A program made the translations under genes and the position numbers. Source: Anaeromyxobacter sp. (GTDB lineage Bacteria; Myxococcota; Myxococcia; Myxococcales; Anaeromyxobacteraceae). Taken from it: a stretch of 64,000 bases of DNA. Below are positions 54,165 through 64,000 of this stretch, in pieces. The notes under the pieces were generated by a model that had not been told where the DNA came from, made no database searches, and was given only the letters and a program-made list of their open reading frames with translations. The stretch is taken from NCBI GenBank assembly GCA_049840735.1, contig JASGJN010000020.1, positions 96,001 through 160,000 of the forward strand. Direction: 5' to 3'. How positions within the stretch are numbered: the first letter of the stretch is position 1; each line of letters starts with the position of its first letter.

Positions 54165-55382
54165 TCACGCCGCCCGCGGCGCCTCCGGCGGCGCCGATCG
54201 GGCCGTCCGCTCCCAGGCCGCCCGCTGCGAGCCCCGCAGGAAGCGCCAGGCGCCCACCGCCAGCGCCGCGTTGAGCGCCACGAAGTGCCAGGCCAGCCCG
54301 GCCGCGCGCCGCAGCCGCCGCGGGGCCGCGCCGCGCCAGCCCAACCAGGCCAGCCCGTAGAAGGCCAGCTGCGCCGCCAGCGCCAGCCGGTGGCCCCAGG
54401 CGCCGGGGGCGCCCGCCAGCGTGCAGGAGGCCAGGAAGCCGCTCACCAGCAGGAACGGCGTCACCCACCGCAGCAGCTTGTGCGAGACGAAGGCGAACCA
54501 GGGGAACCCTGAGCGCGGGTCGAGCAGCCCGGGCACGCGCGCCAGCGACTGCCAGTTGCCGGCCCCGATGCGCGCGCGGCGCCCGAACTCGAGGGCGGTG
54601 TCCCCCGCCAGCTCCTCGTGCCCAACCGCCTCAGGCTCGAACGGCACCCTCCAGCCGCGGGCGGCCACGCGCGCAGGCACCACGAAGTCGTCGGTCACGG
54701 TGTCCGGCTCGAGCGGCGAGAAGAGGATCCGGCGCACAGCGTAGAGCCCGCCGTTCGCGCCCAGCACCGCCTTCCAGCGGCCCTCCAGGTGCTTGAGGGC
54801 CGTCTCGTAGCGCCAGTAGAGCCCCTCCTCCTGGCCGCCGGCGGCAGCGCCCGGCCGGTAGAGCCGGAGCCGGCCCACCACCGCCCCCACGGCAGGGTCG
54901 GCGAAGCGCCGCGCCAGCGCCTTCACCGCGCCGCGGTCCAGCAGCACGTTCGCGTCGGTGAGCACCACCAGCTCACCCGCCGCGGCCGGCACCAGCCGCG
55001 AGAGCATGGCGGCCTTGCCGGCGCGCGGGAACTGCTCCACCACCGTCACGCGCGCGCCGCCCGCCTCGCGGGCCAGCGCCGCGGTCCGGTCGCTGCAGCC
55101 GTCGCAGCCCACCACCACCTCGAGCCGATCGGGCGGGTAGTCGAGCGCCAGGCAGTTCTGCACCTTGGCCCGGATCCAGCGCTCCTCGTCGAAGGCCGAG
55201 AAGACCAGCGTCACGCGCGGCCAGGGCACCTGCTCCTGCCGGCCGCGCCGGTCCAGCCCCCCGGCGGCGAACCGCAGCGCCCCGAGCGCGGCCCGGACCG
55301 CCTCGGCGACCAGGAGGACCAGCGGGTACCCCAGGTAGCTGAAGCCGATCAGCCCGAACGAGAGCCAGAAGAGCAGCGACAT
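54165..55382 (-). CDS. glycosyltransferase family 2 (PgaC/IcaA-like)
   Basis: LDYP, DGCSD.T, GKA, TDAN, GANGGLYA.R, TDDF, RRARI, SHKLLRW. Confidence 0.92.
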   Translation of the reverse strand: MSLLFWLSFGLIGFSYLGYPLVLLVAEAVRAALGALRFAAGGLDRRGRQEQVPWPRVTLVFSAFDEERWIRAKVQNCLALDYPPDRLEVVVGCDGCSDRTAALAREAGGARVTVVEQFPRAGKAAMLSRLVPAAAGELVVLTDANVLLDRGAVKALARRFADPAVGAVVGRLRLYRPGAAAGGQEEGLYWRYETALKHLEGRWKAVLGANGGLYAVRRILFSPLEPDTVTDDFVVPARVAARGWRVPFEPEAVGHEELAGDTALEFGRRARIGAGNWQSLARVPGLLDPRSGFPWFAFVSHKLLRWVTPFLLVSGFLASCTLAGAPGAWGHRLALAAQLAFYGLAWLGWRGAAPRRLRRAAGLAWHFVALNAALAVGAWRFLRGSQRAAWERTARSAPPEAPRAA

Positions 55383-55433
55383 GGCCCGCCCCGTCCAGCA
55401 ACGGGCGGGCCAGCGGCTGCGGCGGCGGGCGGG

Positions 55434-56992
55434 CTAAGGCAGGGCGTCGAGGTTGGGTTGCTTGATCTCGTTCCCGACCGGCTCGGCCTCCGGCACGGGG
55501 GCGGCCACGGGGCCGCTGTGCGGCGCGGGCCGGGGCGGATCGATGGCCACCGCGGGCACCGGCTGGGCCCCGTCGGCGGCGCTCGTGGCGGCGGACACGG
55601 CCGCCGGCGCGGGGACTGCGCCGGGCGGTGCCGTCACCTGCCCGGAGGCCGGCGCCGGCGTGGGCTCACGCGCGGGGATGGCGGCGGTGGCGCCAGCAGG
55701 GGCAACCGGGTTCCGCGCCGGGGGCGGCGGTTTCGCCACTGCGGCCGGAGGGGGCTCGCCCGGCACGGGGCAGCCCAGCTCGGCCCGCAGCGCCGTCCCG
55801 CCCTCGTGGCGAGGGTTGGCCGCCAGCAGGGCGTCGAGCGTGGCCAGCGCCTCGGCGCGGCGCCCCAGCGACGCCTGGCTGCGCGCCAGCAGGTAGCGGG
55901 CCCGGAGCAGGTCGGGGTGGCGCGAGGCGATGCTGGCGAGGGCCGTGGCGGCCTCGCCATGGGCGGGCTGCGCCTCGGCCAGGGCCACCCAGCCATCCTC
56001 CACGCCGCCGGCGCGGGCCGCCGCGGCCTGCTGCGACAGCACCGCGGCGTTGCCCTCCTGGGCAGCCAGGAGCGCCCGCGCACGGGCGATCTCCTGCCGG
56101 CCCGGGCCGGAGGGATCGAGCTGGTCCAGCGCCTGGCGCGCCCCGGCGCGGAGCGACCGGGCGCGGGCTTCCAGGGCCTCGGCCCGCGCGGCGAGCGCGT
56201 CGGCCTCGGCGGCAGCGGCCGCGCCCGGATCGGCCGGGGCCGGAGGCGGCGCGGCGCCGGGCCGCTGCGGCGCGGGGGGAGGAGCGGCCGCACGGAGCCG
56301 GTCGCGGTCGGCCACCCGCAGCGCGGCGGTGGCGCGGAGGCCGTCGGCATCGATGAGCAGGCCGCCTGCCCGCACCACCTCCACCAGCGCGCGGTCGGCG
56401 GCGATCCCGTCCTGGTTGGGCGCGCCCTTCAGCGCCGCGTCCAGCCGGGCCGCGGCGCGATCCAGGCTCTGCGCATCATCCAGCGCCAGCGCGGCGAGCC
56501 CTTCCTGGCGCGCGCGGAGCACCGCCGGGTCGATGCGCGGCGGCGCGGTCAGGAGCCACCAGGTGCCGCCGGCGACCGCGGCCAGGGCGGCCACCAGCAC
56601 CGGGGCGAGCCACTTCATCCGGGCGCTGCGCCGCAACCGGCCCTCGAACGTCCCATCACATCGCGCTTGAGCGCGGCGGGGCGCGACACCGCCGGGGCGC
56701 TGGGCGCAGGGCGGTAGACGGCCGGACCGCTGCGCGGCGCGGCCCGGGGGGCAGGCTGCTGCGCGGCGGCGAAGGTCGCGGCGGGGGCCGGCGCGGCGGG
56801 CGCAGGCGGCGGCTCGGCTGCGGGAGCAGGCGCTGCGGGCTCGACCGCGGGGGCGGCCGCGGCCGCGGGCTCACCCGCACGAACAGTGAACACATGCTGG
56901 CACCGCGCGCACTGCACCTCGGAGCCTTCCGGCGCCAGCAGCGTCTCGTCCAGCTCGTACTGCGTCCCGCACTGCTCACACCCGATGACCAC
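55434..56992 (-). CDS. MJ0042-type zinc-ribbon membrane protein with TPR (frameshift near 56654)
   Basis: CEQCGTQY...VQCARCQHVF, Pro/Ala linker, TM helix, TPR-like region. Confidence 0.78.
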
Positions 56993-57046
56993 GCGCGAAA
57001 CCCTCCATCCCCGCGGACACAGCGTACCGCGGGGCGGGCCGCATCG

Positions 57047-57448
57047 CTACCTGGCGGGGTGTACGTCCAGGAAGGCACGCGCGCGCTCGAGCCTGCGCGG
57101 GCCGATGCCGGAGACGCGGAGCAGGTCGTCCACCGAGCCGAACGGACCGTTCTGCTCCCGATCGGCCACCACCGCCGCGCCGAGCGAGCGGCTGAGCCCC
57201 GGCACGGAGGCCAGCTCCTCGGCCGCGGCCAGGTTGGGATCGACCGGCAGCCCGAGCACCAGCCGCTCCGACTGGGTCAGTCCGCGCCGCGGACCAGGGT
57301 CCGCCGCGCAGCCCATCCAGTGGCGCGGCGGCACCCCGCGCCCCTCCGGCCGGCAGGCGATATCGGGCGCAAGCGCCCGCCGTCCCCGCAGCGCTGCGGG
57401 GAGGAGGACGATGGAGAGCAGGAGGAGCAGCGCGGCGCGGCGGACCAT
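57047..57448 (-). CDS. ComEA-like helix-hairpin-helix protein
   Basis: DPNLA..EEL..VPGL, GPFGSVDDLLRVSGIGP. Confidence 0.88.
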   Translation of the reverse strand: MVRRAALLLLLSIVLLPAALRGRRALAPDIACRPEGRGVPPRHWMGCAADPGPRRGLTQSERLVLGLPVDPNLAAAEELASVPGLSRSLGAAVVADREQNGPFGSVDDLLRVSGIGPRRLERARAFLDVHPAR

Positions 57449-57481
57449 GCCGCGCTGCGTAGCAAGGGATGGGCCGTCCTG

Positions 57482-57553
57482 TTCGCGGTTCGACAGGCTC
57501 ACCGCGAAACGGTCCCTGCTCCGCTCGCCCTGAGCCTGTCGAAGGGCGAGCGG
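57482..57553. repeat. inverted doublet of short REP-like elements
   Basis: TTCGCGGTTCGACAGGCTCACCGCGAA and CCGCTCGCCCTGAGCCTGTCGAAGGGCGAGCGG. Confidence 0.85.
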
Positions 57554-57573
57554 TGCTGACCGGGCCGCGCCCG

Positions 57574-58791
57574 CTACTTCTTGTCCAGCCCGAACGCGGT
57601 GTGCAGCTCGCGGACCGCCAGCTCCATGAACTTGGCCGCGATGACCATGGAGACCTTGATCTCGGAGGTGGAGATCATCTCGAGGTTGATGCCGGCGTTG
57701 GCCAGCACCTCGAAGGCCTTGGACGCGACGCCGGCGTGGTTGCGCATGCCGACGCCGACGATGGAGACCTTGGCGATCTGGTCGTCGGTCTCGATCTTCT
57801 CCGTGCCCAGCTCGGCCGAGAGGCCGCGGACGATCTCCAGCGCCTTGGCCAGGTCGGCCTTGGGGACGGTGAAGCTGACGTCCGCGTGGCCGGAGGTGCC
57901 CATGTTCTGGATGATCAGGTCGACGATGATGTTGGCGTCGGCGAGCGGCTTGAAGATCCGCGCCGCCACGCCGGGCCTGTCCGCGACGCCGCGGACGGCC
58001 ACCTTGGCCTCGTTGCGATCGTAGGCGATTCCGCTGACGACGACGTGCTCCATGCTCGGGTCCTCCGGGCAGACCAGCGTGCCGGGATCCTGGGTGAAGG
58101 AGGACTTCACCCAGAGAGGAACGTTGTACTTCATGGCGAACTCGACAGACCGGATCTGCAGCACCTTGGCCCCGGCGCCGGCCAGCTCCAGCATCTCCTC
58201 GTAGGAGATCTTGTCGAGCTTGCGGGCCTCGGGGACGACGTTGGGATCGGTGGTGTAGACGCCGTCCACGTCGGTGTAGATCTCGCAGGCGTCGGCGTCG
58301 ATGGCCGCCGCGACCGCCACCGCGGTGGTGTCGGAGCCGCCGCGGCCGAGGGTGGTGATGTTCCCCTCCTCGTCCTCGCCCTGGAAGCCGGCCACCACCG
58401 CGATCTCGCCCCGCTTCAGCGCCTGGGTGAGCTTGTCGCAGTCGATCGACATGATGCGCGCCTTCGAGAAGGCGCTGTCGGTCAGGATGCGGACCTGCGG
58501 GCCGGTGAAGGAGCGGGCCTTGCCGCCCAGCCCCTGGATGGCCAGCGCGCACAGGCCGATGGTGACCTGCTCGCCGGTGGCGGCGACCACGTCCTGCTCG
58601 CGCTCGTCCGGGCGCTCGGAGAGCGCCTGGGCCATCTTGAGGAGCCGGTTGGTCTCGCCGGACATGGCCGAGACGACCACCACGATGTCGTTCCCGGCGG
58701 CTTGGGCCGCGAGGGCGCGGCGGGCGACGTTCTTGATCCGCTCGACGTCGCCGACCGAGGTGCCGCCGTACTTCTGGACGATGAGGGCCAC
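57574..58791 (-). CDS. lysC: aspartate kinase (alpha2beta2 type)
   Basis: [38 protein letters not shown], two ACT domains. Confidence 0.96.
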   Translation of the reverse strand: MALIVQKYGGTSVGDVERIKNVARRALAAQAAGNDIVVVVSAMSGETNRLLKMAQALSERPDEREQDVVAATGEQVTIGLCALAIQGLGGKARSFTGPQVRILTDSAFSKARIMSIDCDKLTQALKRGEIAVVAGFQGEDEEGNITTLGRGGSDTTAVAVAAAIDADACEIYTDVDGVYTTDPNVVPEARKLDKISYEEMLELAGAGAKVLQIRSVEFAMKYNVPLWVKSSFTQDPGTLVCPEDPSMEHVVVSGIAYDRNEAKVAVRGVADRPGVAARIFKPLADANIIVDLIIQNMGTSGHADVSFTVPKADLAKALEIVRGLSAELGTEKIETDDQIAKVSIVGVGMRNHAGVASKAFEVLANAGINLEMISTSEIKVSMVIAAKFMELAVRELHTAFGLDKK

Positions 58792-58929
58792 TCCCGGGCC
58801 TCCCTGCCTGATAAGGTTTGGGAAATCGGAGCCGGTCAGTGTAGGGAACGGCCCGGAGATATCGTCAACGGAACCCGCGGCGCGGCCGCCACTTCGGCTG
58901 CCGCGCGTCCGGGGCGCGCGGAGGCGCAC

Positions 58930-60451
58930 ATGCACCACGTCCTGCTCGACGGCGACACGCTGACGCTGGAGGAGGTCCGGTCGGTCGCCGACGGCGAGGC
59001 GAGGGCCGAGCTCTCGCCGCAGGCGCGCGACAAGGTGCGGCGCGCCCGCGCGCTGGTGGAGGCCCGGCTGGCCGACGGCGAGCCGCACTACGGCATCAAC
59101 ACCGGGTTCGGCACGCTGGCCGAGGTGCGCATCCCGCGGGAGGAGCTGGAGCGGCTGCAGCGCAACCTGGTCCTCTCCCACGCGGCGGGCGTGGGGCAGC
59201 CGCTGCCGCTGCGCGAGGCCCGGGCGCTCATGCTGCTGCGCGCCAACGTGCTGGCCAAGGGCATCTCCGGCATCCGCGAGGAGACGCTGCAGCTGCTCAT
59301 CCAGATGATCGACCGCGGCGTGGTGCCGGTGGTCCCCGAGCGCGGCTCGGTGGGTGCCTCCGGCGACCTGGCGCCGCTGGCCCACCTGGCCCTGGTGCTG
59401 ATCGGCGAGGGCGAGGCCTTCCTCGCGCCGCCGGGGCAGGCGCCGGAGCGGCTCCCCTCGCGCGAGGCGCTGCGCCGCGCCGGGCTCGCGCCGGTGGTGC
59501 TCCAGGCCAAGGAAGGGCTGGCGCTGGTGAACGGCACCCAGGCCATGGCGGCGGTGGGGACGCTGGCGCTGCTCCGCGCGGAGCGGCTGGCGGCGCTGGC
59601 CGACCTGGCCGGCGCCATGACGCTGGAGGGGCTGCTGGGCTCGCACCGCCCCTTCATCCCGGAGATCCAGGCGGCCCGCGGCCAGCCCGGCCAGCTGCTG
59701 GCGGCCGCCCACCTGCGCGAGCTGCTGGCCGGCTCCGAGCTCAACGCCTCGCACCAGGGGCCGGACTGCCACAAGGTGCAGGACCCCTACTCGCTCCGCT
59801 GCATGCCGCAGGTGCACGGCGCCGCGCGCGACGGCATCGGCTTCTGCCGCCAGGTGCTGGTGCGCGAGGTCAACGCGGCCACCGACAACCCGCTGGTCTT
59901 CCCGGACACGGGCGAGATTGTGTCGGGCGGCAACTTCCACGGCCAGCCGGTTCTCGCTGGGCCTGGACGTGCTGGCCATCGCCGTCTCGCACCTGGCGGC
60001 CATCTCCGAGCGGCGGGTGGAGCAGCTGGTGAACCCGTCCCTCTCCGGCCTGCCGCCGTTCCTGGCCCCGCGCCACGGCCTCAACTCCGGGTTCATGATC
60101 GCCCAGGTCACCAGCGCGGCGCTGGTCTCGGAGAACAAGGTGCTCTGCCACCCGGCCTCGGTGGACTCCATCCCCTCCTCGGCCGGTCGCGAGGACCACG
60201 TCTCGATGGGCATGACCGCGGCGCTCAAGGCGCGCCAGGTGATCGAGAACGTCCGCACCTGCCTGGCCATCGAGCTGCTGGTGGCGAGCCAGGCCCTGGA
60301 CCTGCGCGCGCCGCTCAAGCCGGCGGTGCGGGTGGGCCAGGCCCACGCGCGGATCCGCGCCGTGGTCCCGCACCTCTCCGAGGATCGCGAGCTCCACCGG
60401 GACATCGAGGCGGTGGCCCGGCTGGTGGACGAGGGGGCGCTGGAGGGCTAA
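58930..60451 (+). CDS. hutH: histidine ammonia-lyase (frameshift near 59952)
   Basis: [17 protein letters not shown] (MIO motif), [31 protein letters not shown]. Confidence 0.95.
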
Positions 60452-60501
60452 GGGCTGACCGGATCCGTGGTGGCCTCGTCTCGACACCCCGCAAGACGTC
60501 G

Positions 60502-61596
60502 CTACCCCAGCGCCGCCACCGCCAACTTCACCGCCCGGCGCAGCCCGGCGAAGCGGAGCCGGGGCAGCGCCTCCTCCGGCGTGAGCCAGGCGTGGGCGTC
60601 GTGCTCGGCCGAGAGCCGCGGCTCGAAGCCGGCCGGGAGTCGGGCCGCGAAGGCCTCCTCCTCCACCACCGCCACCGTGCCGGGGCGGACCCGGTTCACC
60701 TCGGGGTCGAGCGCGAAGCCGTGGCGGTAGCCGAGCGGCACCACCTCCGCCGCCGCGCCGGTTTCCTCGGCCAGCTCGCGGCGGGCCGCGGCCGCCGGCG
60801 CCTCGCCCGGCTCGATGCGGCCGGTCACCGGCTGCCAGAAGCCGCCGCGCTCGGCCGACCGGCGGAGCAGCAGCACCCGCCCGTCGGCGCGCACGCCCAC
60901 CGTCGAGATGGTGCGCAGGTCGGCGCCGGCGTCGGCGCGCGCCCGCCCCAGCGCCTCGGCGGTGTGCCGGGCCAGCTGGTCCTCGACCTCGGACATGGCG
61001 GCATGGGCTTCCCGGCGCGGGCCAGCTCCTGCTCCAGGCTGGTGACGCCCAGCAGCGGGTCGGCGATGCCGCAGGGGACGATCACCTGGAAGTGCAGCAG
61101 GTCCGGGCGGGCGTTGAAGGCGAAGCCGTGCGAGGTCACCCAGCGCGACAGGTGCACGCCCACCGCCCCGATCTTGCGCGGCCCCACCCAGCAGCCGCGG
61201 TGCTCGGGGTGGCGGCCGGCCTCGAGGCCGTGATCCGCGCAGGTGCGGATCATGGCCTCCTCGAGCGCCGCCACGTAGCGGCGCACGTCCGGCCGATCCG
61301 AGAGGTCCACCACGGGATAGCCGACGATCTCGGCCGGGCCCGTGGTAGGTCACGTCCCCGCCGCGGTCGGTGGGGTGGATCTCGAACCCCTGCTGCTCCA
61401 GCCAGGCCGGCGCCGCGATGATGTGCGTGCGGTTGGCCGCCCGCCCCAGCGTCAGGACGGGCGGGTGCTCGAGCAGGAAGAGGAAATCGGTGAGCGGCGG
61501 CGAGCCGGCGCGGACCGCCTCCCCGCCCAGCCGCATGAGCGAGAGCCCGTCCTCGTACTCGACCCGGCCCAGCCGGTAGGTCCGCAGGGTGCGCAC
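60502..61596 (-). CDS. lipB: octanoyltransferase LipB fused to a Nudix hydrolase (frameshifts near 61335 and 61000)
   Basis: [38 protein letters not shown]; then WQPVTG.IE.GE....[11 protein letters not shown]. Confidence 0.9.
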   Translation of the reverse strand: MRTLRTYRLGRVEYEDGLSLMRLGGEAVRAGSPPLTDFLFLLEHPPVLTLGRAANRTHIIAAPAWLEQQGFEIHPTDRGGDVTYHGPGRDRRLSRGGPLGSAGRAPLRGGARGGHDPHLRGSRPRGRPPPRAPRLLGGAAQDRGGGRAPVALGDLARLRLQRPPGPAALPGDRPLRHRRPAAGRHQPGAGAGPRREAHAAMSEVEDQLARHTAEALGRARADAGADLRTISTVGVRADGRVLLLRRSAERGGFWQPVTGRIEPGEAPAAAARRELAEETGAAAEVVPLGYRHGFALDPEVNRVRPGTVAVVEEEAFAARLPAGFEPRLSAEHDAHAWLTPEEALPRLRFAGLRRAVKLAVAALG

Positions 61597-61613
61597 CGTT
61601 CGTTCTCTCCGCG

Positions 61614-61778
61614 CCCGTTCACCCTTCGACTTCGGGCCCGGCATGGCCGGGCCCTACGCTCAGGGCGAACGGGTGTTGCTCGTGCCGAACCTGAACGGAT
61701 CCGTTCGGCCTGAGTCCTTCGACTCCGCGCCGGCTGCGCCGGCGCTACGCTCAGGACAGGCGAAGTCGAAGGCAGGGC
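61614..61778. repeat. REP-like cluster: simple copy (61614-61673) and nested copy (61700-61778)
   Basis: CTTCGACTTCG-ggcccggc atg gccgggcc-CTACGCTCAG; CCGTTCGGCCTGAG-[TCCTTCGACTCCG-hairpin-CTACGCTCAGGACAG]-GCGAAGTCGAAGG. Confidence 0.9.
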
Positions 61779-61780
61779 TG

Positions 61781-63224
61781 TTACGCCCGCGCCGCCGCCT
61801 CGGCCTTCTTCGGCCGCTCGGGGCGGTTGAGGGCGTGGATGGCCTCGCCCAGCGCCGCCTTGCACGCCTCCATGAAGGCCTCGGCCAGCGTCGGGTGGGC
61901 GTGGATGGTGAGGGCCACGTCCTCGAGGTAGGCGCCCATCTCCAGCGCCAGCGCCCCCTCGGCGATGAGGTCGGAGGCGTCCGGGCCGGCGATGGTCACG
62001 CCCAGCAGCAGCTTCGAGGCGCGGTCGCCGACCACCTTCACGAACCCCTCGGTGTGATCCATGGCGATGGCGCGGCCCAGCGCGCCGAACGCGAACTTGC
62101 CGACGATGGGGTCGTACCCCTGCGCGCGGGCCTCGTCCTCGGAGAGCCCGACGGCCGCGATCTCCGGGTCGGTGAAGATGGCCGCCGGCAGCGCCACCCA
62201 GTCGCGCGCCGACTTGTGCCCGGCGATCACCTCGGCGGCGATCTCGCCCTCCTTGGACGCCTTGTGGGCCAGCAGCGGCGGGCCGCTGATGTCGCCGATG
62301 GCGAAGATGGACGGGACGCTGGAGCGGTACTGCGCGTCCACCTGGATGTAGCCGCGCTGCGTGAGCTTGACGCCCAGCTTGTCCAGCCCCAGCCCCTCGA
62401 CCGACGGGCGGAAGCCCACCGCGACCAGGATCCGGTCGCAGGGGATCTCCGTCTCCTTGCCGTCGATCTCGGCCTTGACCACCAGCTCGGCGCCGCGCTT
62501 CTCGTACCCCTTGGCCTTGGCGTTGACGTGCACGGTCGCGTTGCGCTGCCGGAGCCCCTTCTGCACCAGCCGCGAGGCCTCCGGGTCGATGCCGGTCAGG
62601 ATTTGCGGCAGGGCCTCGAGGAAGGTCACCTGGCAGCCGAGCTTGGCGTACACCGTGCCGAGCTCCATGCCGATGATGCCGCCGCCGATGCAGACCAGCC
62701 GCTTCGGCAGCTCCGGCAGGTCGACCGCCTCGCGGGCGCTCCAGACCTCCTTGCCGTCCATCTTGAAGCCGGGGATCTCAACTGGGCTTGGCGCCGGTGG
62801 CCACGATGAAGGCCGGCGCCTCGACGCGGAGCTTCTCGCCGTCGCCCGCCACCTCGATGGCGTTCGGCCCGACGAAGGTCGCGCTGCCCTTGATGACCTC
62901 GACGCCGTTGCCCTTCTCGAGCGTCCCGACGCCGCCCACCAGCTTCTTCACCACGGCGTTCTTGAACTCGCGCAGCTTGCCGATGTCCACCTTGGGCGCG
63001 TCCACCAGGATGCCGCGGTGGGCCGCGCCCTGGATCTCCTCCACCAGGTTGGCGGCGGCGATGAGCGCCTTGGACGGGATGCAGCCCCAGTTCAGGCAGA
63101 CGCCGCCCAGGTTCTCGCGGTCGACGAGCGCGGTCTTCTTGCCCAGCTGGGCCAGGCGGATGGCGGCGACGTAGCCGCCCGGGCCGGCGCCGATGACGAC
63201 GGCATCGAAGGTCTTGGTGGCCAT
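61781..63224 (-). CDS. lpdA: dihydrolipoamide dehydrogenase (frameshift near 62780)
   Basis: GAGPGGY, GGVCLNWGCIPSK, GGGIIG.E, AIGD, HAHPTLAE. Confidence 0.95.
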
Positions 63225-63353
63225 GGTGTGTGCGTCCTCGTGAGGTCCTGCAGATATAACCGCGCGGGTCCCCCCTGCGCCGCGCGGACTGTAGCGGCGG
63301 ACTGTCCCACCGTAAACGCCAAAGGGGGGTCGCTGGCCGCCTGCGACCCTGGG

Positions 63354-64000
63354 CTATCCGCCGCCCTTGCGCCGGCGCTTGATCTCGGCCTCCGAGAGCA
63401 CCTGATGGACTGTCGGCCTCACCCCGGTGAGCCCCTGGACCACCGCCGCGGCGGCGGCCAGCCCGAAGGCGCCGGTCACGAAGGCGGCGCTCCCGAAGCA
63501 GCGCGGCTCCCGGCGCCGCTCCTCCGGCCCTCGCTTGGCCGTGCCGGGGATGCCCTCCTCGTCGCCCGGCAGCGCCTGGGTCTCCCGCGGCTCCTCCACC
63601 GACCAGACCGCCAGCGCGCCGGTGGGCGAGCTGGCGGAGATGCCGAAGCGGCGGCGAAGGTACTTGCGGACGTCCTTGGCCAGCTGGTCGGTGTGGCTCT
63701 CGGAGAGGTCGGTCACCTGCACGGCGGTCGGGTCCAGGCGGCGAGCCGCGCCCAGCGCCGTGACGATGGGGATGCGGAGCTCCAGGCAGCGGGAGATGAC
63801 GTGCAGCTTGGCCACCACCGTGTCCATGGCGTCGACCACGAAGGACACGCCCTCCGGCACCAGCGCCGCGGCGGTCTCCTCGTCGTAGAACGCTGGCACC
63901 GCCTCGATCACCGTGTCCGGGCTGGCACGGCGCAAGCGGGCGGCCATCTCCTCGGCCTTGAGCGCGCCGTAGGCGCCCGCCAGGGCGTGGAGCTGCCGGT
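63354..64000 (-). CDS. tcdA: ThiF-family tRNA threonylcarbamoyladenosine dehydratase, 5' partial
   Basis: RQLHA, VVDAMD.V.AK, GAARRLDPT, DQLAKDVRK.LR, GSAAFVTGAFG. Confidence 0.85.
   Translation of the reverse strand, partial: RQLHALAGAYGALKAEEMAARLRRASPDTVIEAVPAFYDEETAAALVPEGVSFVVDAMDTVVAKLHVISRCLELRIPIVTALGAARRLDPTAVQVTDLSESHTDQLAKDVRKYLRRRFGISASSPTGALAVWSVEEPRETQALPGDEEGIPGTAKRGPEERRREPRCFGSAAFVTGAFGLAAAAAVVQGLTGVRPTVHQVLSEAEIKRRRKGGG

Noticed and set aside
58792..58929. Lysine riboswitch upstream of lysC
   Set aside because: The intergenic region is only about 140 bp, is shared with divergent hutH, and shows no recognisable aptamer motifs

Overview
Very GC-rich bacterial chromosome segment. 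Gene content (Frz-like chemosensory cluster, myxobacterial DnaK paralogue, LipB-Nudix fusion, PilZ and MJ0042-type zinc-ribbon proteins) points to Myxococcota, most like Anaeromyxobacter; this is inference. The window is mostly housekeeping and signalling genes: gdhA, degP, grpE, ftsH, che cluster, pheA, two-component system with MacAB-type exporter, uvrD, lysC, hutH, lipB, lpdA, tcdA, plus tRNA-Thr(CGT) and tRNA-Val(CAC). No CRISPR array, integrase or transposase was seen. Four observations stand out. (1) A palindromic REP-like repeat family (about 13 units at 8 loci) has a conserved frame around a covarying hairpin; two copies are nested inside another copy, one sits in-frame in a gene, and one has a tandemly amplified arm. 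(2) An HNH nuclease with a duplicated DUF222-like helical domain lies directly upstream of uvrD, and both genes carry LexA-type boxes. (3) About 16 apparent frameshifts and many rare-codon substitutions cluster on GATC, which suggests long-read errors caused by GATC cytosine methylation rather than pseudogenes. (4) A stand-alone sigma region-1.1 protein is coupled to ftsH. Start codons were chosen by eye and domain calls come from motif recognition, not database searches.
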